From Octopus vulgaris (Eukaryota), in assembly GCA_951406725.2 (NCBI GenBank), contig OX597815.1, forward strand, positions 80,414,001 through 80,478,000: 64,000 nucleotides of DNA, written 5' to 3'. Shown here piece by piece: positions 13,262-26,637 of the stretch; within the stretch, counting starts at the first letter, position 1, and each line of letters starts with the position of its first letter. The notes under the pieces were generated by a model. That model made no database searches. It saw nothing but the letters and a program-made list of their open reading frames with translations, and was not told where the DNA came from. Both the position numbers and the translations under genes were made by a program.

Positions 13262-14552
13262 TACATAAATGGGTGTGCTGAAGAATATCACAAAAAGCCT
13301 GACTGGAGGACCAGTCTTCCGAGGTCTTTTACAGGCTTCGAAAAACTGAAGGACCGCAGCAATACGTGTATGAATTTGAGGGGGAAATGTGGGATCTTTT
13401 CTGTTTGATAGACGGAATTTTCTAGTTAACTAAACAATTTGAAACTTCGTATACTGGTAGAATGTGTCAAAAGAAAACATTATTGTAAACAAAATTGAAA
13501 ACAAAATTGTAATTCGTAACTTAAACGTAGTTTAATTTTACGAATTTTAACCAATGAAATCGCAGCATTCGAGCTCAAATTATTTACTGCGTCTAAAAAC
13601 TCACACGCACACGTCTTATTCATCCTTGTCTCTTCTTCTGTCTTCTGTCTTCTACATGTGCTAGAAATAACAGCTATATCTCTTAAATCGATGAATTTCG
13701 TCGCCCAATAAAAATATTAACGATATTTTTTGAATATTTTCTTTATTTTTTTTTACCGAAAAGGCTTCTCCCATGGTTTTGAAGGGCCAGAAACAACAAA
13801 AACAAAACAATAATATGCCTAAATCGGTCTCGAGTTTGCACGTGGAGTGTGAGTAGTATTGTAAAAATTTGCGAAATATTTTTTCATAAAAGGATGCCCC
13901 CAGCTTGTCGGAAGCTGTGATATAAATTGGGAAAAAATCCTCGACACCAGTGCGTAATTGGTACTTAATTTATCGTCCCCGAAACGATGAAACATTGCCC
14001 CCTCCTTCTGGTTTATTTACCTTTTGTGCAAATTTGTTGCGGCAAGTGGCAAAACACGAACGTGTATGTATGCTTGTATACGTATGTGTGTGTATGTATA
14101 TGTCCGTTTGTATGTGTGTGTACGCTTATATATGAATTACTATGTGCTTGTGCAAATGTATATGCATGTGTTTGAGAGAGAGAGAGAGAGAGAGAGAGTG
14201 CGTGTGTGTGTGTGTGTCGTGCGTCTGCTATATTTCTTTATCAATATCGATAACGCAGCAATGCTGGGATTTCATTGGTTAAAATTCGAAGATGTTGGGA
14301 TTTTATTGGTTAAAATTCGTAAAATTAAACTACGTTTAAGTTACGAATTACAATTTTGTTTTCAATTTTGTTTAAAATAATGTTTACTTTTGACACATTC
14401 TACCAGTATAAGAAGTTTCAAATTTTTTAGTTAACTAGAAAATTCCGTCTATCAAACTGAAAAGATCCGAAATGTGTTGAATAAAATCATAATTAATTCG
14501 TCTTCCTTAATTTTTTTTACCAAAAGCCAGGAACGTTTCTTCACTCCATCAT
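13262..14552 (+). mobile_element. Mariner-like remnant hosting the 13392-14468 insertion
   Basis: Removing the insertion and one TSD restores ttgagggggaaatgtgttgaataa = LRGKCVE*, resembling a mariner C-terminus; decayed TIR-like ends gggtgtgctgaagaat and aaaagccaggaacgtttcttcactcc. Confidence 0.5.
13392..14468. mobile_element. Non-autonomous DNA transposon with ~180-bp TIRs and 8-bp TSD
   Basis: 13392-~13570 is a close reverse complement of ~14290-14468 (ggatcttttc...gaaaagatcc); TSD GAAATGTG at 13384-13391 and 14469-14476; no transposase ORF. Confidence 0.88.
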
Positions 14553-14631
14553 ATATATATATGATCACGTGTGTACCGTTGGCGATTTTTTTTCCTCTGT
14601 CTTCCCTTCTCTGGATCATTCCTTCTCCTAT

Positions 14632-14666
14632 GTTTCCGACGAAGAGATCCGCTCGAAACGTTAAAC
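14632..14666 (+). ncRNA. Minimal type I hammerhead motif (variant core)
   Basis: GTTT CCGACGA A GAG atccg CTC GAAA CG T T AAAC; stem I GTTT/AAAC; U4C change. Confidence 0.6.
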
Positions 14667-14836
14667 CCTCCTTCTTTCCTTCTTTCCTGAGCGTCCAATA
14701 ATACTATATTTGTACCACGTCCTCGCGTTGTTGTGTTTCTTGTGCTTTCTTGAAAAACAAGCATAGCAAGAAAAACAACGCGAGAACGTGGTACATGCGA
14801 AGTATTAGCAGACGCTCAGGGAAGGAAAGAAAGGTA

Positions 14837-14871
14837 GTTTTACGTTTCGAGCAAAGCTCTTCGTCAGAAAC
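14837..14871 (-). ncRNA. Minimal type I hammerhead motif (canonical core)
   Basis: GTTT CTGACGA A GAGC ttt GCTC GAAA CG T A AAAC; stems I and II fully paired; palindromic ACGT stem III. Confidence 0.8.
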
Positions 14872-15070
14872 TGGAGACGGGGGTGGGGGAGTCCGAGAGA
14901 AAAGGAAGACGGAGGAAAAAAATCGCCAGCGATCCAAAGAGAGGGCTAAATTGAGTCATTTTTTGACTCTTGTTTCTAGCAATTCTGGTACTATTTTGTA
15001 CCCTTGTTTATTGCCTGTCGGTTTTAGTTACTAACAGGTCATCTACATTATTCATACGCGCACACACACA

Positions 15071-15104
<34 letters not shown>

Positions 15105-15108
<4 letters not shown>

Positions 15109-15372
15109 AGGTGCGGTGAATCAACTGTCGTCTAAATTACGCAAGAGTGAAAATAACACTGACATCCCATTTTGAAAGATATTCTTTTATTCTTTTATTT
15201 GTTTCAGTCATTTGACTGCGGCTATGCTGGAGCACCGCCTTTAGTCGAATAAATCGACGCCAGGACTTATTTTCTGTAAGCCTAGTACTTATTCTATCGG
15301 TCTATTTTACCGAACACCTAGATTACGGGCACGCAAGTATACGAACATCGGTTGTCAAGCGACGGTGGTGGG

Positions 15373-15403
<31 letters not shown>

Positions 15404-15415
15404 TACATACATACA

Positions 15416-15450
<35 letters not shown>

Positions 15451-16354
15451 GTATATATACATATATATACGAAGGGCTTCTTTCACTTCCCGTCTACCGA
15501 ATCCAGTCACAAAACTTTGGTTAGCAAAGTCCAAGGTGCCACGCAGTGGGACTGAACCCGGAACCATGTAGTTGGTAAGCAAGTTACTTACCAAAATTAC
15601 ATAAAAATATCTTGAAATACTAAAGAGTTAATTTATTCAATTAAATCGCCGTTGGTTTCAACCACAGTCTGCAGTCGACTTCGGAATTTCCTGCAACTCT
15701 TCTGGACGGTCTCTTTGTTTAAGTTGGTCAATGCTGCCATAATTTCTGTCTTCAGTCCTTTGGTTTTACAAGGAGTTTTGTTAGTCTCTCACTCAACTGC
15801 GCCTCACACATAATAATTAAAGGTGTTGTAGTCTAGGGAGTTAGGTGACCAGATGTTAGGGGTGATGTGGTCACAGAAATTGTCTGACAGCCATGACTGA
15901 GTTCTCTTGCTTGTGAGGCAACGTGGAGAGTCCTGTGCCAGACATAAGGTCTTTCAGCAGCCACCCTCTTGACCCAGGACAGCACTACTTCTTTTAGGCA
16001 CTTGATGTAGGCATCCGTGTTGAGTCTGAGGCCGTGTGGGAAGATGAATGGAGGCATAACGTCACCATCACCAGTGATCACTCCAAAACACCATGATGTT
16101 GACTGGATTTCTGATTTTTATCACGCTCAATATATATCCTCAGATTGCACTGTCCTGAGATTGACACCCAGACACTCTGACATGTTCGTATTGGAGCTTC
16201 CAGCGAGAGTGAATTGTGTCATGGTGCTGTTTTTCTTACAGACGGTACCCAGCTGACCCTACTATGCTGTGTGGTCAACAGGTCAAAAACAATCAAAGCA
16301 CATATGCAAAATCAGAAATATAAAACGGCGAGAATTTCCCCATCGCATCCTGCA
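15105..16354 (-). mobile_element. maT/DD37D-type Tc1-mariner remnant, internally deleted, with SINE insertion
   Basis: GDVMPPFIFPHGLRLNTDAYIKCLKEVVLSWVKRVAAERPYVW, then decayed QDS and PNSLDYNTFNYYV (cf. PNSPDCNPLDYYVW); ends ta-caaggtgcggtg and catcgcatcctg. Confidence 0.78.
15181..15592 (-). mobile_element. SINE family B with internal (CA)n(TACA)n
   Basis: gactgcggctatgctggagcaccgcctttagtcga...cagtgggactgaacccggaaccatg. Confidence 0.88.
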
Positions 16355-16380
16355 CACACACACACACACATATATATGTA

Positions 16381-16793
16381 CTCTTTTTTTTTACGCTTTT
16401 TACTTGTTTCAGCCACATGACTGTGGCCATGCTGGAGCACCGCCTTTAGTCGAGCAAATCGACCCCAGGACTTATTCTTTGTAAGCTTAGTACTTATTCT
16501 ATCGGTCTCTTTTGCCGAACCGCTATGTTACGGGGACGTAAACACACCAGCATCGGTTGTCAAACGATGTTGGGGGGACAAACACAGACACACAAACATA
16601 TACACACACATACATATATACATATATATACTACGGGCTTCTTTCAGTTTCTGTTTACCAAATCCACTCACAAGGCTTTGGTCGGCCCGAGGATATTGTA
16701 GAAGACACTTGCCCAAGGTGCCACGTAGTGGGACGGAACCCGGAACCATGTGGTTCGTAAGCAAGCTACTTACCACACAGCCACTCCTACGCC
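16381..16793 (-). mobile_element. Full-length SINE family B
   Basis: Head GGCGTAGGAGTGGCTGTGTGGTAAG on the minus strand through the tail GAAACAAGTAAAA. Confidence 0.92.
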
Positions 16794-16855
16794 TATGTGT
16801 GTATATATATATATATATGTATGTGTGTATGTATATATATATATATGTGTGTGTG

Positions 16856-16946
<91 letters not shown>

Positions 16947-17249
16947 AAGGGAGAGAACTGGTGATTTTTACTTTCTAGCTGGATCGCTTTTTGTTGTTGT
17001 TAACTATTAATTTTTGTCTCAAGTAGTATTGTGGACAGTGAAAAATTATATTAAATATCAGCTTTAAATTTCCCTTCATCGTAGATAGAGCTTAAATATG
17101 TGCTTTCATTTATACATACATTCACGAGGATACACACATGCAAATGTAAAAACACTCACGGAAATTATCCTACAGAACAATATCGAAAACTCATATTCGC
17201 GAGGTAGTTGCTCGTATTTGGCGTTGGATACGCCGAATACGGACAATTA

Positions 17250-18060
17250 TGTTCTGCCGATGTCAGCTTTGCCTTTCACACTTTCGCGGTCGATGAAATA
17301 TGCAGCTGTTGAGAAATATGTAGCTGTTGAGAAATATGTAGCTGTTGAGAAATATGTAGTTGTTGATGTAATTGACTTACCCCAACCCAGAAATTGTTCG
17401 CCTTGAGCCAAAATTTGAAACCGACATGTTTTTAAAATGGCGAGCTGGGAGAATCGTTTGGACGATGGACGAAATCCTTGCGCCCCGAGTTCAGATTTCA
17501 CTGCTTTTGATTTTGCCTGCCATCCTCTAGAGGTCGATAAAATAAGTATCAGTGGAACACTGGAGTCGATGCACACGATTTAGCCTCTCCTCCGAAATTG
17601 CTGGCTTTTTGCCAGAATTTGAAATCAATATGCAAGATTTATTACATGAAGAACTGGCAGAATCATTAGCACGCTGGGCAAAATGCGGCATTTCGGCGTT
17701 CTGAGTCTAAATTATGCTGAAATCGACTTTGCCTTTCATCCTTTCTGTGTCAATAAAATAAGTACCAGATGAGCACCGGACTCGATGTAATCGACTTACA
17801 CCCTCTCCAAAAACTTATGGCCTTATACAAAACTTTTAAACCAGTATATGAGTTTTATCTAGGTAGAAAGCAGTCAGAATCGGTAGTGCATTGGACAAAA
17901 TGGTTAGGAGCATTTCTTGCGGCTGAGCTCAAATTTCTCCAAAGTCGACTTTGCTTTTCTTCCTTTCGTAGGTTGGGTAGATAAAATAAGTACTTGATAA
18001 ATACTGGGGGTGATGTTATCGACTAGCCTCCTTTCCCAAATTTCAAGCCATCTGCCAATA
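17250..18060 (+). mobile_element. Cluster of four old co-oriented SINE family A copies
   Basis: Recurring ttgccttYcatccttt..gtcRataaaataagtacYag cores near 17270, 17515, 17730 and 17950. Confidence 0.75.
17295..17367 (+). repeat. 18-bp tandem repeat x4 inside a SINE
   Basis: gaaatatgYagYtgttga repeated four times. Confidence 0.9.
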
Positions 18061-19064
18061 TTATTAAAAAAATATTTGAAATTTATCGATCTTACACATC
18101 ACTTAATGTAGAGAATTTTATTTTATCAAATCTAAATGTATGAAAGTTAAAGACTAAATTCCTGAATGTCGATCGAATTTCTTAAAGTGATATTAGCTAA
18201 CTTCTGTTGCGTATTTAATCTGCTGCTGCACCATACCTATGACAGAGTTGCTCTGACAAGGGCAACTATATCGTCGTTAATAAAGCCCAATGAAACGAGT
18301 ACGCTTACAAGTAGTCCCTCAAAATTTTAGAAGTAGCAGAATCATTTATCAAAACCTACTAAGTATTGCTCGAACGAAAGATACACGGATAATACAGTTC
18401 TGAAAAACACTATTGCTGCAAATATAGGGCGGGATAAACACGACTAGATTACCTTTGGACATTTTGGCTGCTCAATGAAGCCTACCCTCGTGACAAGAAG
18501 AACTACTATAATATTGAATATGGTTCCTTACTTTGTTGCATGGCCAAATATATGGTGAGATGTTAGAGTTCATTAAGTTGATTCCTGTTTTTTGCTGTTG
18601 CTAGATTTCCTTCCTTCTTAATTAAGCCGTACGGTGTTGTCTTGATATAAATTGTCACTTGTTTTCTTTTCTTTAAATTGCTCTCTCCATTCCCCTCTCC
18701 AATTCGAATGCATTCAATTTCTTCAAGAGGAAAAGCGAGAAGAATCAGTTCCAGTTGTAATATTTCATTTATCAAACCCCGAAAGAATGAAATAAAAATT
18801 TGAACTCAGAACCCAGGCCACAATCTAATAACTGTGCCAATTCGTTGCCTATTAATAGCTTTATCAAATGTAGACTGACATTTGGCAAAGTCGCCGCCTA
18901 CACACGTGGACATAAAACATGAAAATATGTAACAAAATACTTCAATGAAATTTCAAGGTTCTCTTTACGATTCTGTTACCTTTAGTTTAACACTTACCTC
19001 TATTTTAAGCAGGAAACAGGTTTTTGCGCGTCGTTGCCAATTAAATATACTCTAGTATATTATT

Positions 19065-19451
19065 GATTTCTAATTTTGGTACAAGGCCAGCATTTTGAGA
19101 TGCTGGAGCAAGTCGATTACATCAACCCCAGTGGCCAATAGCTACTTATTTTATCGGCCCCGAAAGATGTGAGGCAAAGTCGACCTCGGTAGAATTTGAA
19201 CTCGGAAAGTAAAGACGGTCGAACTCTAGTATATTATTAGATTCAAATTTCGGTACAAAGCCTACAAGTTCGGGGGAGGGTTAAATCGATTGAATTGACT
19301 CCAGTGCTCAACTGCTACTTATTGTATCGACCCTGAATAGATGAAAGGCAAAGTCGACCATAGTGGAATCTGAATTCAGAACGCGAAGACAGACTAAATG
19401 CCGCTAAGCATTTTGTCCGGTGTGCTAACGATTCTGCCAGCAAGCCGCCTT
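19065..19451 (-). mobile_element. Two SINE family A copies
   Basis: ggcaaagtcgacctcggtagaatttgaactc; ggtgtgctaacgattctgccagcaagccgcctt. Confidence 0.8.
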
Positions 19452-20042
19452 GCTCTAGAATAACATTGATAATTATGCCATCGACTCCGGAAGACCGGAA
19501 AGTAGAATTGATCTCACGAGGATTTGAACTCAGACCGTAAAGAAACTTTAAGTAGTGCACAATATCCTATGCAGCTTTTTCTAATTTTACTATCCATCTC
19601 TTTGATAACAATATTAATAAGGACAAAAGAGAGATGAGGGATGTACATAGGTAAAAGGTGGGCTATTACGTCATTCCTAATTTTCCCAAGAGTGGGTTTG
19701 GCTTGCGGTAGAAGTGAAACAGTTCCAACTGGGAGTTGAGATCGGGTCGAGGAGTAGGTTCGCCGAAAAATTACTGCCACAGCATGCCACCCGCCACATC
19801 AGCAGTACAACCTACACCAACAACAGTCACTCCAAGAGAAATACCAACGTCAGCGACACCAACAACAAGAATAATAAAACAAAAAAATTAAAAACATATC
19901 AATAACAAAAACTACAACAACAACAACAACAACAACGGTAGTAGCAGCAGCAGAAGCAGCAGTAGCAGCAGAGACAACAGCATCAGCAGCAACAGCTCCA
20001 ATTTAATTACGTTCCATTATTTTTTCTAATATTTTTCATTAG

Positions 20043-20091
20043 TATCGTGGTGAGATGACAAATTATAAACACAGCTATATCATTCACCGTC
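20043..20091 (+). other. Candidate 49-nt exon
   Basis: Branch-like CTAAT, T-rich tract and cattag acceptor before 20043; donor C/GTAAGT after 20091; one open frame YRGEMTNYKHSYIIHR; no homology recognised. Confidence 0.3.
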
Positions 20092-21719
20092 GTAAGTAAT
20101 TCACTGAATGCATACACTTCGCTACATCACACCGTACCACACCATACTACACTGCTCCCCCACCTCCCGTGACACCCAAACTACACTCTCTCACGTTACC
20201 TCACTCCACACCACACCACACTTCACTCCACTTCACCTTCATATCTGCAGAAACTGCAGATATGTTGATACAACAAGATGGCGAGAATGAGGTTTGAAAC
20301 AGTAACCTCACAGTTCTAGACATTCACAAACTAAAAAGAATAAAAAAAAAATCAAAAGGAATGGAAAAGGAACAGCTGGTAGCTGTCGGAGCTACTTACT
20401 GCAACTACCCAGGGGTAGATACCCATATAGCCAGTTCACACAGTTCTCAAGCAACACACAGGGATTATATTTTTTTATAAGATGTAGAAGGAATTCATTA
20501 TTTATTTTTAGATTTTTAATACTTTTTGCTTTCTCTCTTTTTGTTGTTTTTGGAAAATTTTATTTCCTTTTTATTTTTTAAAGTGGCATATGGTTAGAGT
20601 TTGCAATGTTTATGTAATGTTATTGGATACGGACTGTAGCAAAGAAATAAACACATCATACGAGTGAGATATGAGAAAGTAGAAAATAATGAAAAAAAAG
20701 TACAAAAAAAAAAGAAGAAAAAAAGAGAACAGGCAGTCATATATACCACGTGATATTTGCTGCCAACCAATCGACATATGCAGTAGCGATGCATAGTAAT
20801 TATTTCTCATTTCCTTTTTGTCTTCCTTCTTTTTTTCCGCTGGAATATTATCACATGACAGGTAAATTGTTTCAGTTGAAACACCTGCTGTTCACAGGTT
20901 CAGATCTTCCTGTTGGAGCACACCAGTTCCTGCTCCCTCTTATATGCATAAATACACACAAACAAGCACTCTCACAGGCACACCTATTCAAATTAACACA
21001 TGCACACGCTCACGTAATACACATTTTATAAATAAACTTAAAATTTTTATCTTCGATGAATATTCATTTATACGAACGAAATTAATATTTAAAAGGTGAT
21101 AAAATTTGTAAATTGGATTCGTGTGTCACGAGGAAAGGTGACTTCTGACGTTTTGGTCAATATAGTGCTTTAAAAGAAAATACCTTTTCTTTGAAGAGAA
21201 AATTTGTCAAGAGCTCGCCCCACCTTACGGACTTATTCAACTTTAAACGAGCAGTGTTTTTGTTTTTAATTTTTTGACGGACACTATCACTAGTTTCTTT
21301 GTGATCTAGTAGTTTTTAAAATTCATTCAAAAACAGTAACTTAATTGGTCGAAATACAGATCTCTGGAAAACGCTTTAAATACTTTACAATGTTAAATTC
21401 ACTTCTTTTGTGTTCAAACTCAGTTATTTTATTGACTTTGACGTTCAATTTTCAGAGATTCATCACATGATAATTGTATGCAATGGTTGATTCGACTAAT
21501 ACAGATCCCTTAGAAATACGAGATCTTCTGTCTAATGTAGTATTGACAGGCTTCAGTAATTTTGATAAAATATATGCTTATTATTACCATTAAACGATAG
21601 AATACCTTAATATGTATAATGTTCGCTAAATAATAAATAAATAATACATAAATAATAACTAACACCAGAAACGATAGAATGCAGAATTAAATACATTATC
21701 TTTTAGCTCATCCAATCCG

Positions 21720-21935
21720 CGCAGTGAGTAGGCAGAATCGTTAACACGTCCGATAAAAATGTTTAACAGCATTCCATGCGGCTCTGCAGTTTGATTTCAA
21801 ATTTCGCCGAGGTTGACTTTACGTTTCATCCATTTTTTAGTTCTATAAAATATGTACTTACTGAAAAGTGTATGCAATCGACTAGCCTCCTCCCTCAAAT
21901 TTCAGACCTTGTGCTTGTAATAGAAAGGATTATTT
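21720..21935 (+). mobile_element. Old SINE family A copy
   Basis: ggcagaatcgttaacacg...ttcaaatttcgccgaggttgacttt...tttcagaccttgtgcttgtaatagaaaggattatt. Confidence 0.7.
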
Positions 21936-22186
21936 TATATATTTTGCAAGCAACAATGTCGTTGATTATGGATATTCCATGAACCAATGATTGGTTCACT
22001 GCTTTTCTGCTAGTAAGGGTAACAAGAGATTGTCTGGGCAACTAAAAGAGCAACAAATAGTGCAAGACAGTTTGAAAACAGAATTATTGATTGATTTTCT
22101 TGCCCTTGTTTGCATCCTTTGCTATGCATCAGCACAACATGCATTCATAAAAAAACTATTTAGATATGCATACAGGCATAAATACA

Positions 22187-22241
<55 letters not shown>

Positions 22242-23000
22242 TGTAAATGTGTGCTTGTAATGAACTGGAAGAATGAGCTCTCTACATCGTAAAGTTAGAT
22301 AAACCAATTCCTTTAATAGAAATGTTATTCTCCGGTAGCAAAGGATTTTTGCCGAAAGAAATCCCCATTTTGTTAACAAGAATTCTAAATGCAAATTTCA
22401 ACTCAATGAAGTCAGCAATTTCTTGGAATCTATTACTTCTTAACCCAGATTTTAAATGTACGTTTATATTTATTATGATTGGTGCACAAGTTACTGTCTG
22501 TAAATGTCTTAGTGACTCTCTCGAAATGCATTTCATTTATTCCATGAATCCATTGAGTATAGGAATATTCCACTTTTACAAACAAGTAGAGCCAGCGTGA
22601 CAGAGTGCAATTAGGCTGGCCCTTTGAATTACAGGTAGAATCAATCTGACGAGCTTCTATATTACAGGATACTATGCAGTAGGATCAAATTTGGGATCTT
22701 CTGATTAACAACAACTCAACCGCACCTGCATCAAACCTATATGTTTATATATACATATACACGTACATGCATGCACACATAAACACATACATGCATACAT
22801 ATGCAAACAAGTGCATACATAGTTATACACATGTGTGCACGCATACACATAAGTACATGCACATGTATCCATATATACATATATACCGACATACGTGCAT
22901 ACATGCATGCATTCATATATACATGCAAATACTGTTCTCCTGAACTAAAGAATGAGCGCCAGAAAGATTTTGTTTTCGACGAAAATATATACACATTATA

Positions 23001-23335
23001 GGCGCAGGAGTGGCTGTGTGGTAAGTAGCTTGCTCGGGCCGACCAAAGCCTTGTGAGTGGATTTGGTAGACGGAAACTGAAAAAAGCCCGTCGTATATAT
23101 GTATATATATGTGTGTGTGTGTGTGTGTATGTGTGTGTGTCTGTCCCTCAACATCGCTTGACAACCGATGCAAGTGTGTTTACGTCCCCATAACCAAGCG
23201 GTTCGGCAGAAGACACCGATAGAATAAGTACTAGGCTTACAAAGAATAAGCCCTGGGGTTGATTTCTTCGACTAAAGGTGGTGCTCCAGCATGGCCACAG
23301 TCACATGCCTGAAACAAGTAAAAGAATAAAAGAAT
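23001..23335 (+). mobile_element. SINE family B with a deletion removing the B box
   Basis: ggcgcaggagtggctgtgtggtaagtagcttgct joins directly to cgggccgaccaaagcc; tail intact. Confidence 0.88.
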
Positions 23336-23382
23336 ATATACATATGTGTGTGTTTGTGTGTGTGTATCATTTTATGTGTACA

Positions 23383-23417
<35 letters not shown>

Positions 23418-23550
23418 TTGTATGAAAGTGTACACTGTATATTTGTGTGTGTGTGTGTGTGTGTGCATGCGTGTGAGCTTAGGGATTTATATATTTATGC
23501 ACATGTCTTTGTTGGCATGCATATGTGTGTATGTGTGTATGTGAATGTAT

Positions 23551-23616
<66 letters not shown>

Positions 23617-26559
23617 CAAATAGAAGTGATAAACTTCGTTCCTATGTCATTTTTTTAAGGAAACATCAGATGAGAGACACACAAACAATAACCGAAACTC
23701 TGAACCTAATTTGGCAACAATAGATAAAATCCAGTATTTTATCTCGTTTTACAATTAGATAAATGCCAAACAAAACAATGGAGTTGTTATTTTATCCTCA
23801 TATAGATAATGCCATATCACACTGAATATCATCAGGGATTTGTAGTGCCCCTTAAGCCATTCATATACCTTTCATTTGTTTTGAGCTGTTATTCAATATT
23901 TCTAACAATACTCCTTCATATTTTCTATTTTGCACCCCTTTGTATTTATTTTTTGTATTAATTTGATATACTCGCTATCCTGATAAAGGGTCTGTCATTT
24001 ATGTTTGTCACTGGTGCTTACTAATTGTATTGTTTCTTTAAAGAAATACGTAAAAAAAAAATTTTTTTCAAGCACAATACCTACAATCAGGATCTTAAAC
24101 ATCACCTGGTTATGTTTCCCCTACGACACAGTAAAAACCTCCTATAGGAGTTTATAAGTAATGATTACGAGGCTTCAATTTCTCATTCGTTCATCAACTA
24201 ACACAATACATACATACATACATACATAATACATACATACATACATACATAATACATACGTACATACATACATGCATACATACATACATAAATATATACC
24301 TTATTCAATAGTTGCTAGAATAGTTGCATGCACAAACTTTAAGAAATATAGAAACACTAAACAAGATTCAATGCATAAGATAGTGCGTGCTCCAGAATGA
24401 TCAGGCTCACAACTGTCTTAGTGAATTAAAATCTTAACCTCCTAACGGATTAGCTACGTCTCTTAATTATTCTCGTGGTATATTATAGCAAGAAAGTGCT
24501 TTATATGCATCATTAAGATAATGTAGCATCAATTCTTTGCAAAGTACGTTTAAAATGTTCACGAAATATTATCGACTAATCAGCTTATATCTATGTTATC
24601 TATATGTAGTCTTATTCATTCCAATCATAAATAATTATCAATATATGTGAAACCATATGTTCATATTAACCTTTAATAGAATATTCAAAATGTATATAAT
24701 GTTTTTAGCGAATTAATATAATGCCAAATGTGATAAGTGACAATTAGTTTTAAATGTGGAAAAATATATTGAGTTGAATATATTAGCCATATCCTTAAAA
24801 TTGTTAAACAAAGATACTTTAGAGATTATCAATAATGTGATGGAATTCTGCAAAGTTAGCATCTGAGATAAATCTACTTACATTGTAAACATTGTACAAT
24901 TATAAAATGTAAATTCTGTAGCCGAAGTAAATATATTAACTGAATTTTGTAAATAATGAAATCATCACTGTGCCAAGAAAAATATTTTCTTTTATTGTTT
25001 AAGACTGATTATTGAAATATTATTGGAAGATAGTTTTCTTGAAAATCAGTTCACTAAAGACGAGTGCAAAGGAAAGTGATCAAATTATGTATGAATGCCG
25101 AACTTTCACCTCTCTTTAATGTTTTGAATATGATATTGAATTTAAAAATGCAACAATCAAGTTAATTTAAGTAAATATGAAATTGTAGCAATCAATAATG
25201 GCGTACCAATTGTATAAACCGTATGGAGTAATAACAGCAAACATACACGATATGTTTTCTTATAGAGATTTATATTCAAACTCGAATCAATTTACCGACA
25301 GAAATTGTCTCGTTCGTTATAAGTAGTCAACCATATTAACGAATATTACTTGATAGATATATAAATAATAAATAGGAGGAAAATAAATTTGAGACACAAA
25401 TGAGCTGAAATAGCATTACGTTACTTAGAATTGCCACATATTTACGCACAAGTTAATACAAATAAATGCTCTCTCATAAAAACAGTAAACGCAAAGCGGA
25501 CGTAGTGAGCATAGTTAAAACTTTATTGATTACAATAGAAAATGTCGCCATTAATGGATGGGACATTCATGTATTGGAATCGATTTTATGATAACTTTGT
25601 GATCGTTTGTCGTATGAGAGAATTTTGTAACAACACTGTAGGGACAAAGCATAATTGCCTTGAGTAGTATTTGTCATCAGGCATTTCTGGCAAGATATTT
25701 ATATTTCATTTCGAAAAGACGAATAACATCAATCATTTATAATGAATCGAATTTGATGTGTTGTGGATAGACTTCCTAAAGTATCACAGCGCGTCAACGT
25801 CATAAAAGCAAACAGCTCCTCTCTCCCAGTATTTCTGACATCTTTAATTTGATACGCCAAAGGATGGATGTTTCAATAAAATTATTTGTCAATTTAGAAA
25901 AGACATAAAAGTTTTGATAGATTAGTCTCTTCCAATATCATACACACACACACACACGCACACACATCACACACACACACACACGCACGCACACACACAT
26001 ACATACACATCCACACACATGCATACACAATTACGCATTTATAAACACAAAGACACACAGATAGATTAATGTTCGTGAAACACAAAAATACATGTATACA
26101 CACACACATATACATATACACTTGCACATATACGCACAAATGTATGTATTTATATATACATACATACATACATACATATATACATGTGTGTGTGTGTGTG
26201 TGTGTGTGCGTATGTGTGCGCCCTGAAGAAATTAATGATATAATAAGACGTCTGATGTAATATTTTCTTAAAACAAGGATTAAGTCGTAATCACATTCAA
26301 TTATTGATCGACGAACCTGTTGTTTTCACTAAAATATATGGACAATCAAACTAAGAACTTTCAGTCATTCATTCTAAATCTCCCGTCTATAATTCTAAAT
26401 ACATGTAACTCAGAGTCTATGCACACATACATGCTTACACACACACACACACACACACCCATATATATATATATATATATATATATACAAGCATGCATAC
26501 AATTATATATGCATATATATATATATATATATATATATAGCGGCGTACGTACACCTTCT

Positions 26560-26597
<38 letters not shown>

Positions 26598-26637
26598 CGT
26601 TTCTATTTACATAAAGATGTGTATATATGTATATATA

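Larger units (their letters stand above)
14565..14935. mobile_element. Tail-to-tail inverted pair of Penelope-type terminal modules, each with a hammerhead
   Basis: Plus module ~14565-14750 and minus module ~14760-14935 share HHR-ttccttt..cctgagcgtc..taatact..tgtaccacgt.ctcgcgttgtt. Confidence 0.8.

Noticed and set aside
17295-17367. CRISPR-like direct repeats
   Set aside because: Contiguous 18-mers with no spacers, inside a SINE, in eukaryotic DNA
20045-20115. C/D box snoRNA or SECIS-like hairpin
   Set aside because: Box C imperfect, no terminal stem at the right spacing, no GA quartet partner
22260-22620. Overlapping 84-92 aa ORFs in unique sequence
   Set aside because: No recognisable motif or convincing splice-site pair; expected by chance
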